64,000 nt of DNA from an uncultured Candidatus Binatia bacterium (lineage in GTDB: Bacteria > Desulfobacterota > Binatia > Bin18): contig OZ243961.1 in NCBI GenBank assembly GCA_965214605.1, positions 2,656,001-2,720,000 of the forward strand, in the 5' to 3' direction. Below, piece by piece: positions 1 through 8,739 of this stretch; the stretch's first letter is position 1, and each line of letters opens with the position of its first letter. The translations under genes were made by a program, and so were the position numbers. The notes beneath the pieces are model-generated. The model worked only from the letters and a program-made list of their open reading frames with translations, had not been told where the DNA came from and made no database searches.

Positions 1-170
1 GCAACGCCGGCTGAGTCGGAGGCGACCTGGAGGAGGTCACGCTGGTAGGTCAGATGGTGGTGGTCGCCGACGAGGGCGATGCCGGCCAGGCTCATTAGGG
101 TCAACATGACCGCGCTGATGGCGGTGCCGGCAGCGTGGGTGTTGTACAGAAATTTTCTGAAGAGTGTCAC
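1..170 (-). CDS. TadG-like Flp pilus assembly protein, N-terminus (runs off window)
   Basis: Hand translation from GTG at 170: VTLFRKFLYNTHAAGTAISAVMLTLMSLAGIALVGDHHHLTYQRDLLQVASDSAGVA. Hydrophobic helix followed by the LQxAxDxA motif of Tad domains; follows two TadE-like genes. Confidence 0.7.
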   Translation of the reverse strand, partial: MTLFRKFLYNTHAAGTAISAVMLTLMSLAGIALVGDHHHLTYQRDLLQVASDSAGV

Positions 171-218
171 CTGGGTGTGTTTTTCTTCTATTTGCCCTCT
201 CTCCTCAGGGAGAGAGGA

Positions 219-758
219 TCATACCGGGGCCGGAGGCACGGTGTCGACGCGGACCGGCAGGATGTGGTGCTGGTAAACGAAGTCGTCGTCCTGGCGGATG
301 CACACTTCGGCGACGATGACGACTTCGCCGGCCTGTATCGCCAATTCGGTTGGCAGGACGGCGTCGGTCCCGGTATTGCCAACTTTGCCACAGTTCGCAA
401 TGTCGTCGTCGCTGGCGGCGTTTGTGCCGAATAAATCTTGTCTGGCCCACAGTACGGTGGGAGCGTCGTTTCCCGATGCTTTTTGGACCGCTGAAGTCAC
501 GAAGGCGGCGAGCGAAGGGCTGATCTGGTGGTTGTACAGATACTGGCTCAGGTCTCTGATGTAGTTGGCAACCGGCATGGCTTCCTGGCTGACGTATTCG
601 GCCATGGTGACTGCGGAGTGGGCGGTCCTGGCCTGGGCGGTGGACAGCCGGTACAAGTCAAGGGTGAGAACGGAAGCGGTAAGCAGGACCACCGTGCCAA
701 GGGCGCATTCAAGGGCGGCCGAACCGCTGTCCGATGTGCCGAAGGAGCTTCTTTTCAT
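219..758 (-). CDS. TadE/TadF-like pseudopilin
   Basis: Prepilin-like SG/SAALE then hydrophobic helix; C-terminal VIVAEVC strand; coupled to upstream TadE-like gene. Confidence 0.7.
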   Translation of the reverse strand: MKRSSFGTSDSGSAALECALGTVVLLTASVLTLDLYRLSTAQARTAHSAVTMAEYVSQEAMPVANYIRDLSQYLYNHQISPSLAAFVTSAVQKASGNDAPTVLWARQDLFGTNAASDDDIANCGKVGNTGTDAVLPTELAIQAGEVVIVAEVCIRQDDDFVYQHHILPVRVDTVPPAPV

Positions 759-1321
759 CAGGCGTCCTCCCAGAGACGTTCGTTGCGCATGACTGTCATG
801 ACGGTCAGGCCCCTCTCGTCGACGAGGCGCCGTTGGGCCCAGGCCAGGACGGCCGTTTGCGGCTTCAGGGTCATCGCGACGACTACGATGTCTTTGGCGT
901 CGCCACCGAGGTTCGCGTTCTCGCCCTGCGACAAATTGCCGGCCAGCATATCGGACGGGTTGTCGTAAACCCTAACCTGAATGGTGAGGCAGAAGTCGGC
1001 TAGGGCTTCGTCGCCTTCCGGATCGGTGCATTTCCCGTCAGCGCTGTCCGCTAGCTTGAAGCTGATCCTGTTGCCGATCTCGGCCGCGATTGCCTCCAGG
1101 CATTGAGTTCGCATGACCGCCTCATTGGGGGCCGCGGTGTCTGACAGGGCGTTGTGACGGGCCACCCGGTTGGCCGCCCGCTGAAGCAGGTCACCGACAA
1201 GCAGGGTGCTCGCAATCTCGAACACACCGGCCAGGGAGACGGTGAGAAAAGAGGCTGCCAGACAGCTTTCAAGCGCGACCGCCGCCCGTTGAGAAGCCAG
1301 AAATCGCTTTATTCCGAACAT
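758..1321 (-). CDS. TadE-like pseudopilin
   Basis: RFLASQRA/AVALE, TM helix, LQRAANRVAR, GGDAKDIVVV, C-terminal MRNE typical of TadE. Confidence 0.75.
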   Translation of the reverse strand: MFGIKRFLASQRAAVALESCLAASFLTVSLAGVFEIASTLLVGDLLQRAANRVARHNALSDTAAPNEAVMRTQCLEAIAAEIGNRISFKLADSADGKCTDPEGDEALADFCLTIQVRVYDNPSDMLAGNLSQGENANLGGDAKDIVVVAMTLKPQTAVLAWAQRRLVDERGLTVMTVMRNERLWEDA

Positions 1322-1338
1322 GGTTGCGGTTCTCTTTA

Positions 1339-3216
1339 CTATTCGTGGCGGTCCAACCCGGACTCTGTTCTGGTAGACAGCGTAATTCGTACCATTGTTC
1401 CCTGGCCTGGCAATGAGTTCACCGCGATGCTTCCGCCGTATTTCTGGGCAAGATACTGGGCCAAGGTGAGTCCCATCCCCATTGCATCCTCTCTCGACGT
1501 ATAGAAGGGGCTGAAGACCTTCTTGCGGTTCTCGGGTGTAATACCGATCCCGTTGTCGGTGATAGTGACCAAGATTTCTTCGCCCTCTTCTCTCGTCTCA
1601 AGCCGTATGACCCCTGTTTTTTTTCCTTTTTCTTGCACTGCCCACACGGCATTCTCAATAACATTTGTCAACAGCAGATATATTTCCGATCCGAGTGCCA
1701 ACATTTCTGGAATCGGGTTCAGCTCTTTGACGACTAGGGCCTGCGTCTCTGCCCCGGTGCTGTCCACTATCTCTCTGATGGGGCCATTGAGGTCGATTAG
1801 GGTGTAGGCCTCCTCATGTTTCTCGGAAAAAGCTGGCAGGCGGTTCGCAAGGGCGACAATATCCTCTGTCTGGGCGCGTATGCTCGATACCACTGCGGCT
1901 GCGGTTTTGATCTCTTCTTCGGCCGCGGTCTGCGGCTCTGCGGACTCGAACTCCTCTTCGGTTCGTTCCCGCTCGTCGCCCGCTCTCGGCATGGGCGTTA
2001 TTGCGGTGAGCAGCTTCTTTTGCATGTCGCCAAGGATGTCCATGCTGCTGTTGATTCGTTCGGCAACGGTCGTCAACAGCTTGGCTACGACCTCAAGTCC
2101 AACCCCGTGCAACGCGGTTTCGGTGGCTGGGGCCGGGCTCTTTCCACTGGCTTGCTCCTCGGCTTGGAGAAGGTCAGCAGTCAGCTTCACTAGTTCTTTG
2201 GCCCCTTCGGAGTGTTGCGCCGGTACGTCAGACGGCGGTACGGATGCGGACTCTTCTTCTTGACCGGCGTCCTTTTCGACGTTTGTCTGTTGTAGGAGTA
2301 CGGGGACGTTCGCCGGCGATACGGCCGTCACACCGGCGTCTGGGGCCGCAGCCACCCGCTCGGCATCCCGCCGTCTGCTCCCGGGTATTTGCAGGGCGAT
2401 GGCCAACCACATCACCCACAAGGCTCCTCCTGCTCCCAGTATGCCGCGTTCATAATAGCTGGCGAGTGTCTCTTTCTTGATTCTCTGGGATTCCAGATCG
2501 TTGATCAGGCTCTCTCCGAGGTCGCTCACTCTGCTTGAAGTAGCCTCTTGAAACGTTTCTTCTGTCGGTTCTCGTTTGTCGAGCAACACTTGTCCGTGGG
2601 CGACGAAATTCGCAATTGTTTTGGCGATATCCGGGTGGCGCGCAACGATGCTGTCCCCTAGCTCTTCCAGCGCTCTCCTCAGACGTTTTTTTTCCGGGGG
2701 AGCCGGGGTTGCGAGATAGGTGTTGATCTCGTCGGTGACGCTTGAAATGTTGCGGACAAACGCCGGCTCACCGCCTTCCTCCTGCACTTGCTGCATCACA
2801 CTCGCTGCGGCCAGCGGCAGATAGCGAAGGGAATTGCGCAGGACCGCATAGCCCATCTTGAAGCGCTCAATCCGTTCTTCTTTGGCGTCAAGGGCACTGA
2901 GATAGGCGTTGAGGTCGTTGCCCAGCTTCTCCGGGAGGTCGGGGATGCCCAGCATCGTCTCCAGCAGATCATCCTTGAGCCGCTCCATCCGGGGGATGAA
3001 GGTGATCAGTCCGTCAAAATCAGCCATTGAGTCGGCCCTGACCCGTGCGGTCTCAATACTCCATTGGGACTCGATCTGGCTGATCTGTCGAATGAGGGAA
3101 ATGGCGAGCTGGTAGTTTCCTTGCCTGATGCTGTTGGCCATCCAGTACAGCCCCGCCGCAATCGCGATGAGGGCTACTGAGAGGAAGACGCCAATGGTAA
3201 TGGATTTGGATTTCAT
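1339..3216 (-). CDS. Membrane sensor histidine-kinase-like protein (helical periplasmic sensor, DAHL-like; HATPase_c; H-box His absent)
   Basis: Two TM segments flank a helical domain (FKMGYAVLRNSLRYLP). N box NVIENA, G1 DNGIGI, F box FSPFYTS, G2 GMGL. Confidence 0.8.
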   Translation of the reverse strand: MKSKSITIGVFLSVALIAIAAGLYWMANSIRQGNYQLAISLIRQISQIESQWSIETARVRADSMADFDGLITFIPRMERLKDDLLETMLGIPDLPEKLGNDLNAYLSALDAKEERIERFKMGYAVLRNSLRYLPLAAASVMQQVQEEGGEPAFVRNISSVTDEINTYLATPAPPEKKRLRRALEELGDSIVARHPDIAKTIANFVAHGQVLLDKREPTEETFQEATSSRVSDLGESLINDLESQRIKKETLASYYERGILGAGGALWVMWLAIALQIPGSRRRDAERVAAAPDAGVTAVSPANVPVLLQQTNVEKDAGQEEESASVPPSDVPAQHSEGAKELVKLTADLLQAEEQASGKSPAPATETALHGVGLEVVAKLLTTVAERINSSMDILGDMQKKLLTAITPMPRAGDERERTEEEFESAEPQTAAEEEIKTAAAVVSSIRAQTEDIVALANRLPAFSEKHEEAYTLIDLNGPIREIVDSTGAETQALVVKELNPIPEMLALGSEIYLLLTNVIENAVWAVQEKGKKTGVIRLETREEGEEILVTITDNGIGITPENRKKVFSPFYTSREDAMGMGLTLAQYLAQKYGGSIAVNSLPGQGTMVRITLSTRTESGLDRHE

Positions 3217-3240
3217 GGTAATAATTCCCGAGCGGCAACC

Positions 3241-4467
3241 TTATCGCTGACCGGACTCCTCTCCCTTTTCGTAGCTGCGGACGTATGCTGAGTCAGCAGC
3301 AGGGCTCCCCCGAAATCTTCCCCCTTTGCCATAGCTTTTGCGGACATATGCTGAGCTATCAGCCGTAGGGAGACCTTGACGGGACTTTCCCCCTTTGCCG
3401 TAGCTTTTGCGGGAAGGCGTTTGGTCTCTTTCCTCTTCAGCTTGAGGGGCAGGAGTGTCGCTCCCAACAGTCTCTTGCGGCAATTCCGGCGCCAAGGTTT
3501 TGATAAACGTGACAATTGCGTCTTTGTGTTCACCCGGCGCTTCTCGTCCTAACTGAAACTCGAACATGGCATCGACCGCATCGCGCAAGGTCTCCGCGCT
3601 TCCGTCGTGAAGATAAGGGGCGGTATGGGCGGCCATCCGCAGGCTCGGCACCTTGAACGCATGGCGGTCGGCCTCGTTTCCCGTCACGTTGAAGCGCCCC
3701 AAGTCGGCGGTAGTGATGTTGCCCCGCTTTTTGAAGTAATCATTGATGACGCCGAACACCTGAAACATATTGCCGCCCACGGCTGCCCCCTGGTGGCATG
3801 ACACGCAGCCATAGCGTTTAAACAAGGCGTAGCCCCGTTTTTCCTGTCCGTTGAGGGCCGAGTCATCGCCTTTGAGCCAGCGGTCGAATCGACTGTCGGG
3901 CGTGGTCAGGGAACGCATAAATTGGGCAAGGGCGTCCTTGATGTTCTGGCGGTTAATGCTGTCTGGATAAATCTGCTGGAACAGTCCGGGATAGTCTTCG
4001 TCCTGGAAGAGTTTGCTTACGACATCCGGCCAGATACTTCCCATCTCAATAGGGCTCTGTATCGGTCCATCGACCTGCTCTTCGAGCGTATGGGCGCGCC
4101 CGTCCCAGAACTGTTTGAAGTTGAAACCGGAGTTGAACACGGTCGGCGCGTTCACTACGCTGGACTGTCCCTCAACCCCGACAGAAAGGGTCAGTCCGTC
4201 ATCCCCGCCGGAACTGAGATCGTGGCAACTTGCGCACGAGACGGAGTTGTCTTTCGATAATCTCGTGTCGTGGAACAACCGCCTTCCCAGCTCTACTTTC
4301 GCTGCGTCCACCTCGACCTCCGGCGGAACCGGCCTGATTGGCTCTGCGGCGTCTGTCCGGGGAAGAAGGGAGAATACGCAGACGATGGCGACTACTCCCA
4401 TCCCTGTCAGCCGATGGCCTAGCGCCCAGCCGACTATTCGGGTTGCGCTCTTTTGAGTGATCTTCAT
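3241..4467 (-). CDS. Di-haem cytochrome c peroxidase / MauG family protein with repetitive C-terminal tail
   Basis: LGRRLFHDTRLS, CASCH, QFWDGRA, CVSCH, FKVPSLR, TAPYLHDGS. Confidence 0.92.
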   Translation of the reverse strand: MKITQKSATRIVGWALGHRLTGMGVVAIVCVFSLLPRTDAAEPIRPVPPEVEVDAAKVELGRRLFHDTRLSKDNSVSCASCHDLSSGGDDGLTLSVGVEGQSSVVNAPTVFNSGFNFKQFWDGRAHTLEEQVDGPIQSPIEMGSIWPDVVSKLFQDEDYPGLFQQIYPDSINRQNIKDALAQFMRSLTTPDSRFDRWLKGDDSALNGQEKRGYALFKRYGCVSCHQGAAVGGNMFQVFGVINDYFKKRGNITTADLGRFNVTGNEADRHAFKVPSLRMAAHTAPYLHDGSAETLRDAVDAMFEFQLGREAPGEHKDAIVTFIKTLAPELPQETVGSDTPAPQAEEERDQTPSRKSYGKGGKSRQGLPTADSSAYVRKSYGKGGRFRGSPAADSAYVRSYEKGEESGQR

Positions 4468-5174
4468 GGTTCCTTCGTGTCGTCCTGCTGGGTCTCGCTG
4501 TTTTCGATGAGCCGCATCAGTTCGGCTCTGTCGCCCTCTCCCCAGTAGGAGACGTTGTGATTGGAATAGAGCTTCCTTGCTTCCTCAGTGCGTCCTGCCT
4601 CGACGAGCATCCGCACCAGATTAGCGGTGATCGTAGGATGCGGGGCCGATGCCAGCGCCTCGTCGTAATACTCTTTCGCCCGCACGTAATCGCCCTCAAG
4701 GCTTGCCACTACGGCCAGACCGTTGGCCGCCCAGGACGCCACGGCGCCATCGGCCAGCTCGGCGGCGGCGAGGAAGTGGGTCTTGGCCTGAGCAAGGTCT
4801 TCGCGCCCCAGGCTAGCCCGCCCGGCGCCGAGCAGCGCTTCGGCCTTCATGGCCGGCTGTGTCGCCAAGGTGCCTGCTTTGGCGAACAGCGCGTCAGCCG
4901 CGTCAAAGTCCCCCGACTGCAAGGCCATATAGGCGAGCCCAAGTTTCGGCTCAGGCGCGCTCGGGAAGCTGCGGGAAAGATTTTCGTACAGCCGCCCTGC
5001 GGCAACCGGCTGGCCGGTTTCAATCGCCGCCGCAGATACCTCTAGACTGCTCTGTAATACCTGTTGTTGGGCTGGACTGAGCCGGCCTTGTTCGTTCCCG
5101 CCCGGGAGCTGACTGCAAGCGCTCAGGGACGCTACAAGGACTGCTGCCGTCCAGCTGCAATCATCAAAGCTCAT
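4464..5174 (-). CDS. TPR lipoprotein, TadD-like pilotin
   Basis: Lipobox LSAC, TPR repeats (NGLAVVASLEGDYVRAKEYYDEAL..NL). ATG 5174 preferred because TAGGA precedes it. Confidence 0.7.
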   Translation of the reverse strand: MSFDDCSWTAAVLVASLSACSQLPGGNEQGRLSPAQQQVLQSSLEVSAAAIETGQPVAAGRLYENLSRSFPSAPEPKLGLAYMALQSGDFDAADALFAKAGTLATQPAMKAEALLGAGRASLGREDLAQAKTHFLAAAELADGAVASWAANGLAVVASLEGDYVRAKEYYDEALASAPHPTITANLVRMLVEAGRTEEARKLYSNHNVSYWGEGDRAELMRLIENSETQQDDTKEP

Positions 5175-5195
5175 AAGAGTCCTACAACCAATGTA

Positions 5196-5226
5196 AGTAT
5201 ATGCATACATGCAGATTGTCTGTCAA
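5196..5226 (-). promoter_or_regulatory. Putative sigma70 promoter of the tad operon with an operator-like site in its spacer
   Basis: Minus strand TTGACA-19 nt-TATACT. The spacer contains CTGCATGTATGCA, also present in the 5316-5382 palindrome. Confidence 0.5.
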
Positions 5227-5315
5227 GTATTTTTTGGAGCTTGTGATAAAAAAGTTCAGAAATAACACGATCTTAACTGATTGATATGAGAATATTTTCT
5301 GATGGAAATAAATTT

Positions 5316-5382
5316 TTCTACTCAAGCAGAGACCTCTTGCATACATGCTGCATGTATGCAAGAGGTCTCTGCTTGAGTAGAA
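5316..5382. repeat. Perfect 67-bp inverted repeat (33-bp arms, 1-nt centre)
   Basis: TTCTACTCAAGCAGAGACCTCTTGCATACATGC-T-GCATGTATGCAAGAGGTCTCTGCTTGAGTAGAA. Confidence 0.95.
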
Positions 5383-5408
5383 GGGTATTGGGGAAAGATC
5401 GGATGTAT

Positions 5409-5445
5409 TAAGGTTGTCTGCAGGTAAGGTTGTCTGCAGGTAAGG
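5409..5445 (+). repeat. 16-bp tandem duplication ending in the tetR RBS
   Basis: TAAGGTTGTCTGCAGG x2 followed by TAAGG. Confidence 0.9.
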
Positions 5446-5454
5446 ATAAATCGT

Positions 5455-6093
5455 ATGACAAAAGCAGGCCAAGCTCAGCAGACCAGAGAAAATCTGATCT
5501 CCGCCGCCCGTGAGTTGTTCGGGAAGTATGGATACGTCGATACAAATACCACAGAGATCGCCCTGCGTGCCGGGACGACCCGGGGGGCACTATACCATCA
5601 CTTCCGTGATAAACTTACCCTCTTTAAGGTAGTCCTCAGTGAGGTCAGAGCCGAATTGGGACAGAAGGTCAGGGATCGCGTACAGCAGGCTGAGGGCGAT
5701 GCCTGGCAGCGGTTCGTCGTGGCCGGCTTCTCGGGTTTTCTTGATTTTGTAGAGGACCCAAACGCGCGGCGTGTTCTTTATCTCGACGGCCCTGGAGTTA
5801 TGGGCCGCGCCCTGTCTCCCGAGGACGAAGGGCCGGGGATGATGGTAATACGCGAAGCCATGAAGGTACTAGTCGACGAGGGCTATATCGAAGAGCAGCC
5901 GCTCGAACCGCTGTGCCGGCTGGTCTGGGGAGTGTTTTTTGAGGCTGGTATTTACATTGCCAGGGCCGACAACAATGAGGTCGCCCAGCAGGAAATTAGC
6001 TTTCTGGTGGAGCGCCTGCTGGGAGGGCTGCGGGTCAAGGCCCAGTCACAGCAACCTTACGAAAAGGACAAGTGGCTGAAGCGGAGGCAGTGA
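5455..6093 (+). CDS. TetR/AcrR family transcriptional regulator
   Basis: TRENLISAARELFGKYGY..TTEIALRAGTTRGALYHHFRDK HTH. Confidence 0.95.
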   Translation: MTKAGQAQQTRENLISAARELFGKYGYVDTNTTEIALRAGTTRGALYHHFRDKLTLFKVVLSEVRAELGQKVRDRVQQAEGDAWQRFVVAGFSGFLDFVEDPNARRVLYLDGPGVMGRALSPEDEGPGMMVIREAMKVLVDEGYIEEQPLEPLCRLVWGVFFEAGIYIARADNNEVAQQEISFLVERLLGGLRVKAQSQQPYEKDKWLKRRQ

Positions 6094-6320
6094 CTCATAG
6101 ATCGTTTCGTCGGCCGGACCCTTTCCTTGGAGCTCCCCCTCGCTCCGCCCTCTCCCTGACGTCCTCGGTAACTGTTAAGGTGCCGAGGACGTCAGAGGGG
6201 GAGCCGTCGTTCCCTTCTTGGCGGTATCCTGGCGGGGCGAGGAGCGTCCAATTTCGCGCTCAAATGAAGCTCTCTACCCTAGCTGGGGCGTCTCTCGCAG
6301 AGAATTCCCTATTCGTCGCC

Positions 6321-6364
6321 ACTACCATGAGAAAATTCTCATGGTAGTCTCATCTTTCTCTCAT
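6321..6364 (+). promoter_or_regulatory. Three TCTCAT boxes at 11-bp period overlapping a 28-bp palindrome upstream of the HtrA gene
   Basis: TCTCAT at 6337, 6348, 6359; ACTACCATGAGAA-AA-TTCTCATGGTAGT at 6321-6348. Confidence 0.6.
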
Positions 6365-6410
6365 ATTGAAGTCGTATGGTGTGGGTCAGAACATGTGAGA
6401 GGAGGACGTT

Positions 6411-6450
6411 ATGAAGAAGACGAACACAGTATGAAGAAGACGAACACAGT
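6411..6450 (+). repeat. 20-bp tandem duplication of the HtrA gene start
   Basis: ATGAAGAAGACGAACACAGT x2. Confidence 0.95.
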
Positions 6451-7897
6451 TGTTGCCGGGCTGCTGGCCGTGGCTCTGGCTGGAGGGGGTTTTGGTCTTG
6501 GTCGACTGACGTCCGTTGAGGTGATCAAGGCCGAGACGTTGACAAAGCCGACGCCCGCGTTTTCCGCCCCTGCCGGGCTGCCGTCTTTTGCCACCCTAGC
6601 CCCGCGGGTTTCTCCCGCAGTCGTCCATATCAAGGTGGCCGTTTTGGAGCGGGCCGATTTTCAACGCGGACCTCGGTTCGGCTTTCCGCCAACTCCCTTC
6701 GGTGGGCCGCCGTCCCGCTTCTGGTCGCCTTTCCCCTTTCCGCAGCCGAATCCCGCTCCTCGGCGTGGTTCGGGATCGGGTTTTATCGTGCGTAAGGACG
6801 GACTGATCTTGACCAATAATCATGTGGTTGAGAACGCCAAGGAGATTCGAGTGGTCTTGACCGACGAGACAGAATATCCGGCCGAACTGGTGGGAAGCGA
6901 TGCCAAAACAGACCTGGCCGTGTTGAAGATCACCCCCACGGCAGAGCTGCCGGTTGCCTCCCTGGGCGACTCCGACGCCCTGCAGGTTGGGGATTGGGTG
7001 CTGGCAATTGGCAATCCATTTGGCCTGAGCAATACGCTCACGGCCGGTATTGTGAGCGCCAAAGGCAGGACGATCGGGGGGCCGTACGATAATTTCATCC
7101 AGACCGATGCGTCAATCAATCCCGGCAACTCAGGCGGTCCACTGTTCAATCACGACGGCCAGGTCGTCGGGATTAATACTGCGATCTTTAGCCGCAGTGG
7201 GGGCAATATCGGTATTGGTTTTGCCACACCGATCAATCAGGCCAAGGCGCTCATGCCCGAACTTGAAGAGCACGGGTATGTGGCCCGTGGCTGGTTGGGC
7301 GTTTCGATTCAGGACCTGACCCCAGACCTCGCCGAGTCGTTCGGCAGTGCTGAGGGCCAGGGTGTTTTAGTCGCGTATGTGACGGCTGACAGCCCAGCTG
7401 AAAAGGCGGGCATCCGGCGCGGCGACGTGATCCTCAGCTATAACGGTCGGAGGGTGAAAGAAGCGGCCGATCTGCCGCTCCTAGTGGCCGAGACAACGGT
7501 TGGTCACACCGTTGCCGTTGAACTTAGCCGCGGGGGTGAGCAGGAAATTCTCTCCGTTACCGTTGGGGAACTGGCCGAAGAGCGCCGGGCCAAGAGGGCG
7601 ACTGCGGACAGGAGTCAGTGGGGCTTGGTCGTGCGCGACCTGCAGCCCCAAGAGCGTCTCCGGACCGGCCTCAAAACGGGTGAGGGAATCCTAGTATCGG
7701 ACGTTCTGACGGACAGTCCAGCCGCCCGTGCCAACGTTCGCAGTAGAGAGGTGATTCTGGAAGCCAACCACGCGCCGATTGGTTCGGTCGAGGACTTCAA
7801 GAGAGCACTTGACAAGACCGCAGCCGTCGCCCCGCTCTTGTTGCTGCTCAAACGACCGAGCGGAGCGAGCCGTTTTGTCTCGCTGGCTGCCAAATAG
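6431..7897 (+). CDS. degP: DegP/DegQ (HtrA) serine protease with two PDZ domains
   Basis: GSGSGFIV, TNNHVV, DLAVL, IQTDASINPGNSGGPL; signal/TM MKKTNTVVAGLLAVAL. Confidence 0.92.
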   Translation: MKKTNTVVAGLLAVALAGGGFGLGRLTSVEVIKAETLTKPTPAFSAPAGLPSFATLAPRVSPAVVHIKVAVLERADFQRGPRFGFPPTPFGGPPSRFWSPFPFPQPNPAPRRGSGSGFIVRKDGLILTNNHVVENAKEIRVVLTDETEYPAELVGSDAKTDLAVLKITPTAELPVASLGDSDALQVGDWVLAIGNPFGLSNTLTAGIVSAKGRTIGGPYDNFIQTDASINPGNSGGPLFNHDGQVVGINTAIFSRSGGNIGIGFATPINQAKALMPELEEHGYVARGWLGVSIQDLTPDLAESFGSAEGQGVLVAYVTADSPAEKAGIRRGDVILSYNGRRVKEAADLPLLVAETTVGHTVAVELSRGGEQEILSVTVGELAEERRAKRATADRSQWGLVVRDLQPQERLRTGLKTGEGILVSDVLTDSPAARANVRSREVILEANHAPIGSVEDFKRALDKTAAVAPLLLLLKRPSGASRFVSLAAK

Positions 7898-7994
7898 ATG
7901 TTGGGACCGGGCCTGACGGGGTGGGCACCTTGCTGTCACCACCCCACATCGCCCCCCCTCTGCCCCTCAGGGGGAGAGTAAGGGGATGAGCCTG

Positions 7995-8600
7995 CTATGT
8001 CGCCGGGTCGTTTTTTGGCCCACGGTTCTCAATCACCTGATCGATAAGCCCATATTCAAGGGCCTGCTGGGGACTAAAAAAGAAGTCCCGGTCTGTGTCT
8101 TTCTCAATCTTTTCCAGCGGCTGGCCGGTGTGCTGGGCCAAAATAGTGTTCAACTGCTCCCGAATACGCAGCACTTCTTTGGCCTGGATTTCGATATCGC
8201 TGGCTTGGCCTTCTGCTCCGCCTAGCGGTTGGTGAATCATCACCCGAGCGTGGGGCAGAGCAAAGCGTTTGCCCTTGGCTCCGGCGGCCAAGAGCAGCGC
8301 TCCCATGCTGGCGGCTTGGCCGACACACAGGGTCGAAACATCGGGCTTGATGTATTGCATAGTGTCATAAATTGCGAGCCCGGCGGTGACCGAACCCCCG
8401 GGCGAGTTAATATAGAAATGAATGTCTTTCTCCGGGTCTTCCGACTCAAGGAACAACAGCTGGGCTGTAACGAGCGCAGCGACTTCGTCGACTACCGCTG
8501 AGCCTAAAAACACAATACGATCTCGCAGCAGACGGGAGTAAAGATCATAGGCCCGTTCCCCTCTGCCAGTCTGCTCGACAACGGTTGGAATAAAGTTCAT
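7995..8600 (-). CDS. clpP: ATP-dependent Clp protease proteolytic subunit
   Basis: [36 protein letters not shown]. Confidence 0.98.
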   Translation of the reverse strand: MNFIPTVVEQTGRGERAYDLYSRLLRDRIVFLGSAVVDEVAALVTAQLLFLESEDPEKDIHFYINSPGGSVTAGLAIYDTMQYIKPDVSTLCVGQAASMGALLLAAGAKGKRFALPHARVMIHQPLGGAEGQASDIEIQAKEVLRIREQLNTILAQHTGQPLEKIEKDTDRDFFFSPQQALEYGLIDQVIENRGPKNDPAT

Positions 8601-8739
8601 AGTGCAGCTAGCTTAGTCTTTTCCGGCTCCTCCAGCAATACGCCGCCCTGCTCTTCAGGCCCCTGCCCCTTCTCCTGTCCGCTTTCCGCGTGGTAGAGTG
8701 CCCGGCAAGATTCATGTTCGCGGATAGGAGGAGAGCACT

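Noticed and set aside
3241-3420. Repeats as CRISPR
   Set aside because: In-frame coding repeats with similar intervening sequence
6218-6430. Extended N-terminus of degP in the ORF track
   Set aside because: Covers regulatory DNA; the signal sequence starts at 6431
7900-7990. C-rich/G-rich hairpins (also near 6130, 10970, 42660) as a REP family or terminators
   Set aside because: Too divergent to define a consensus by eye; no clear U-tracts
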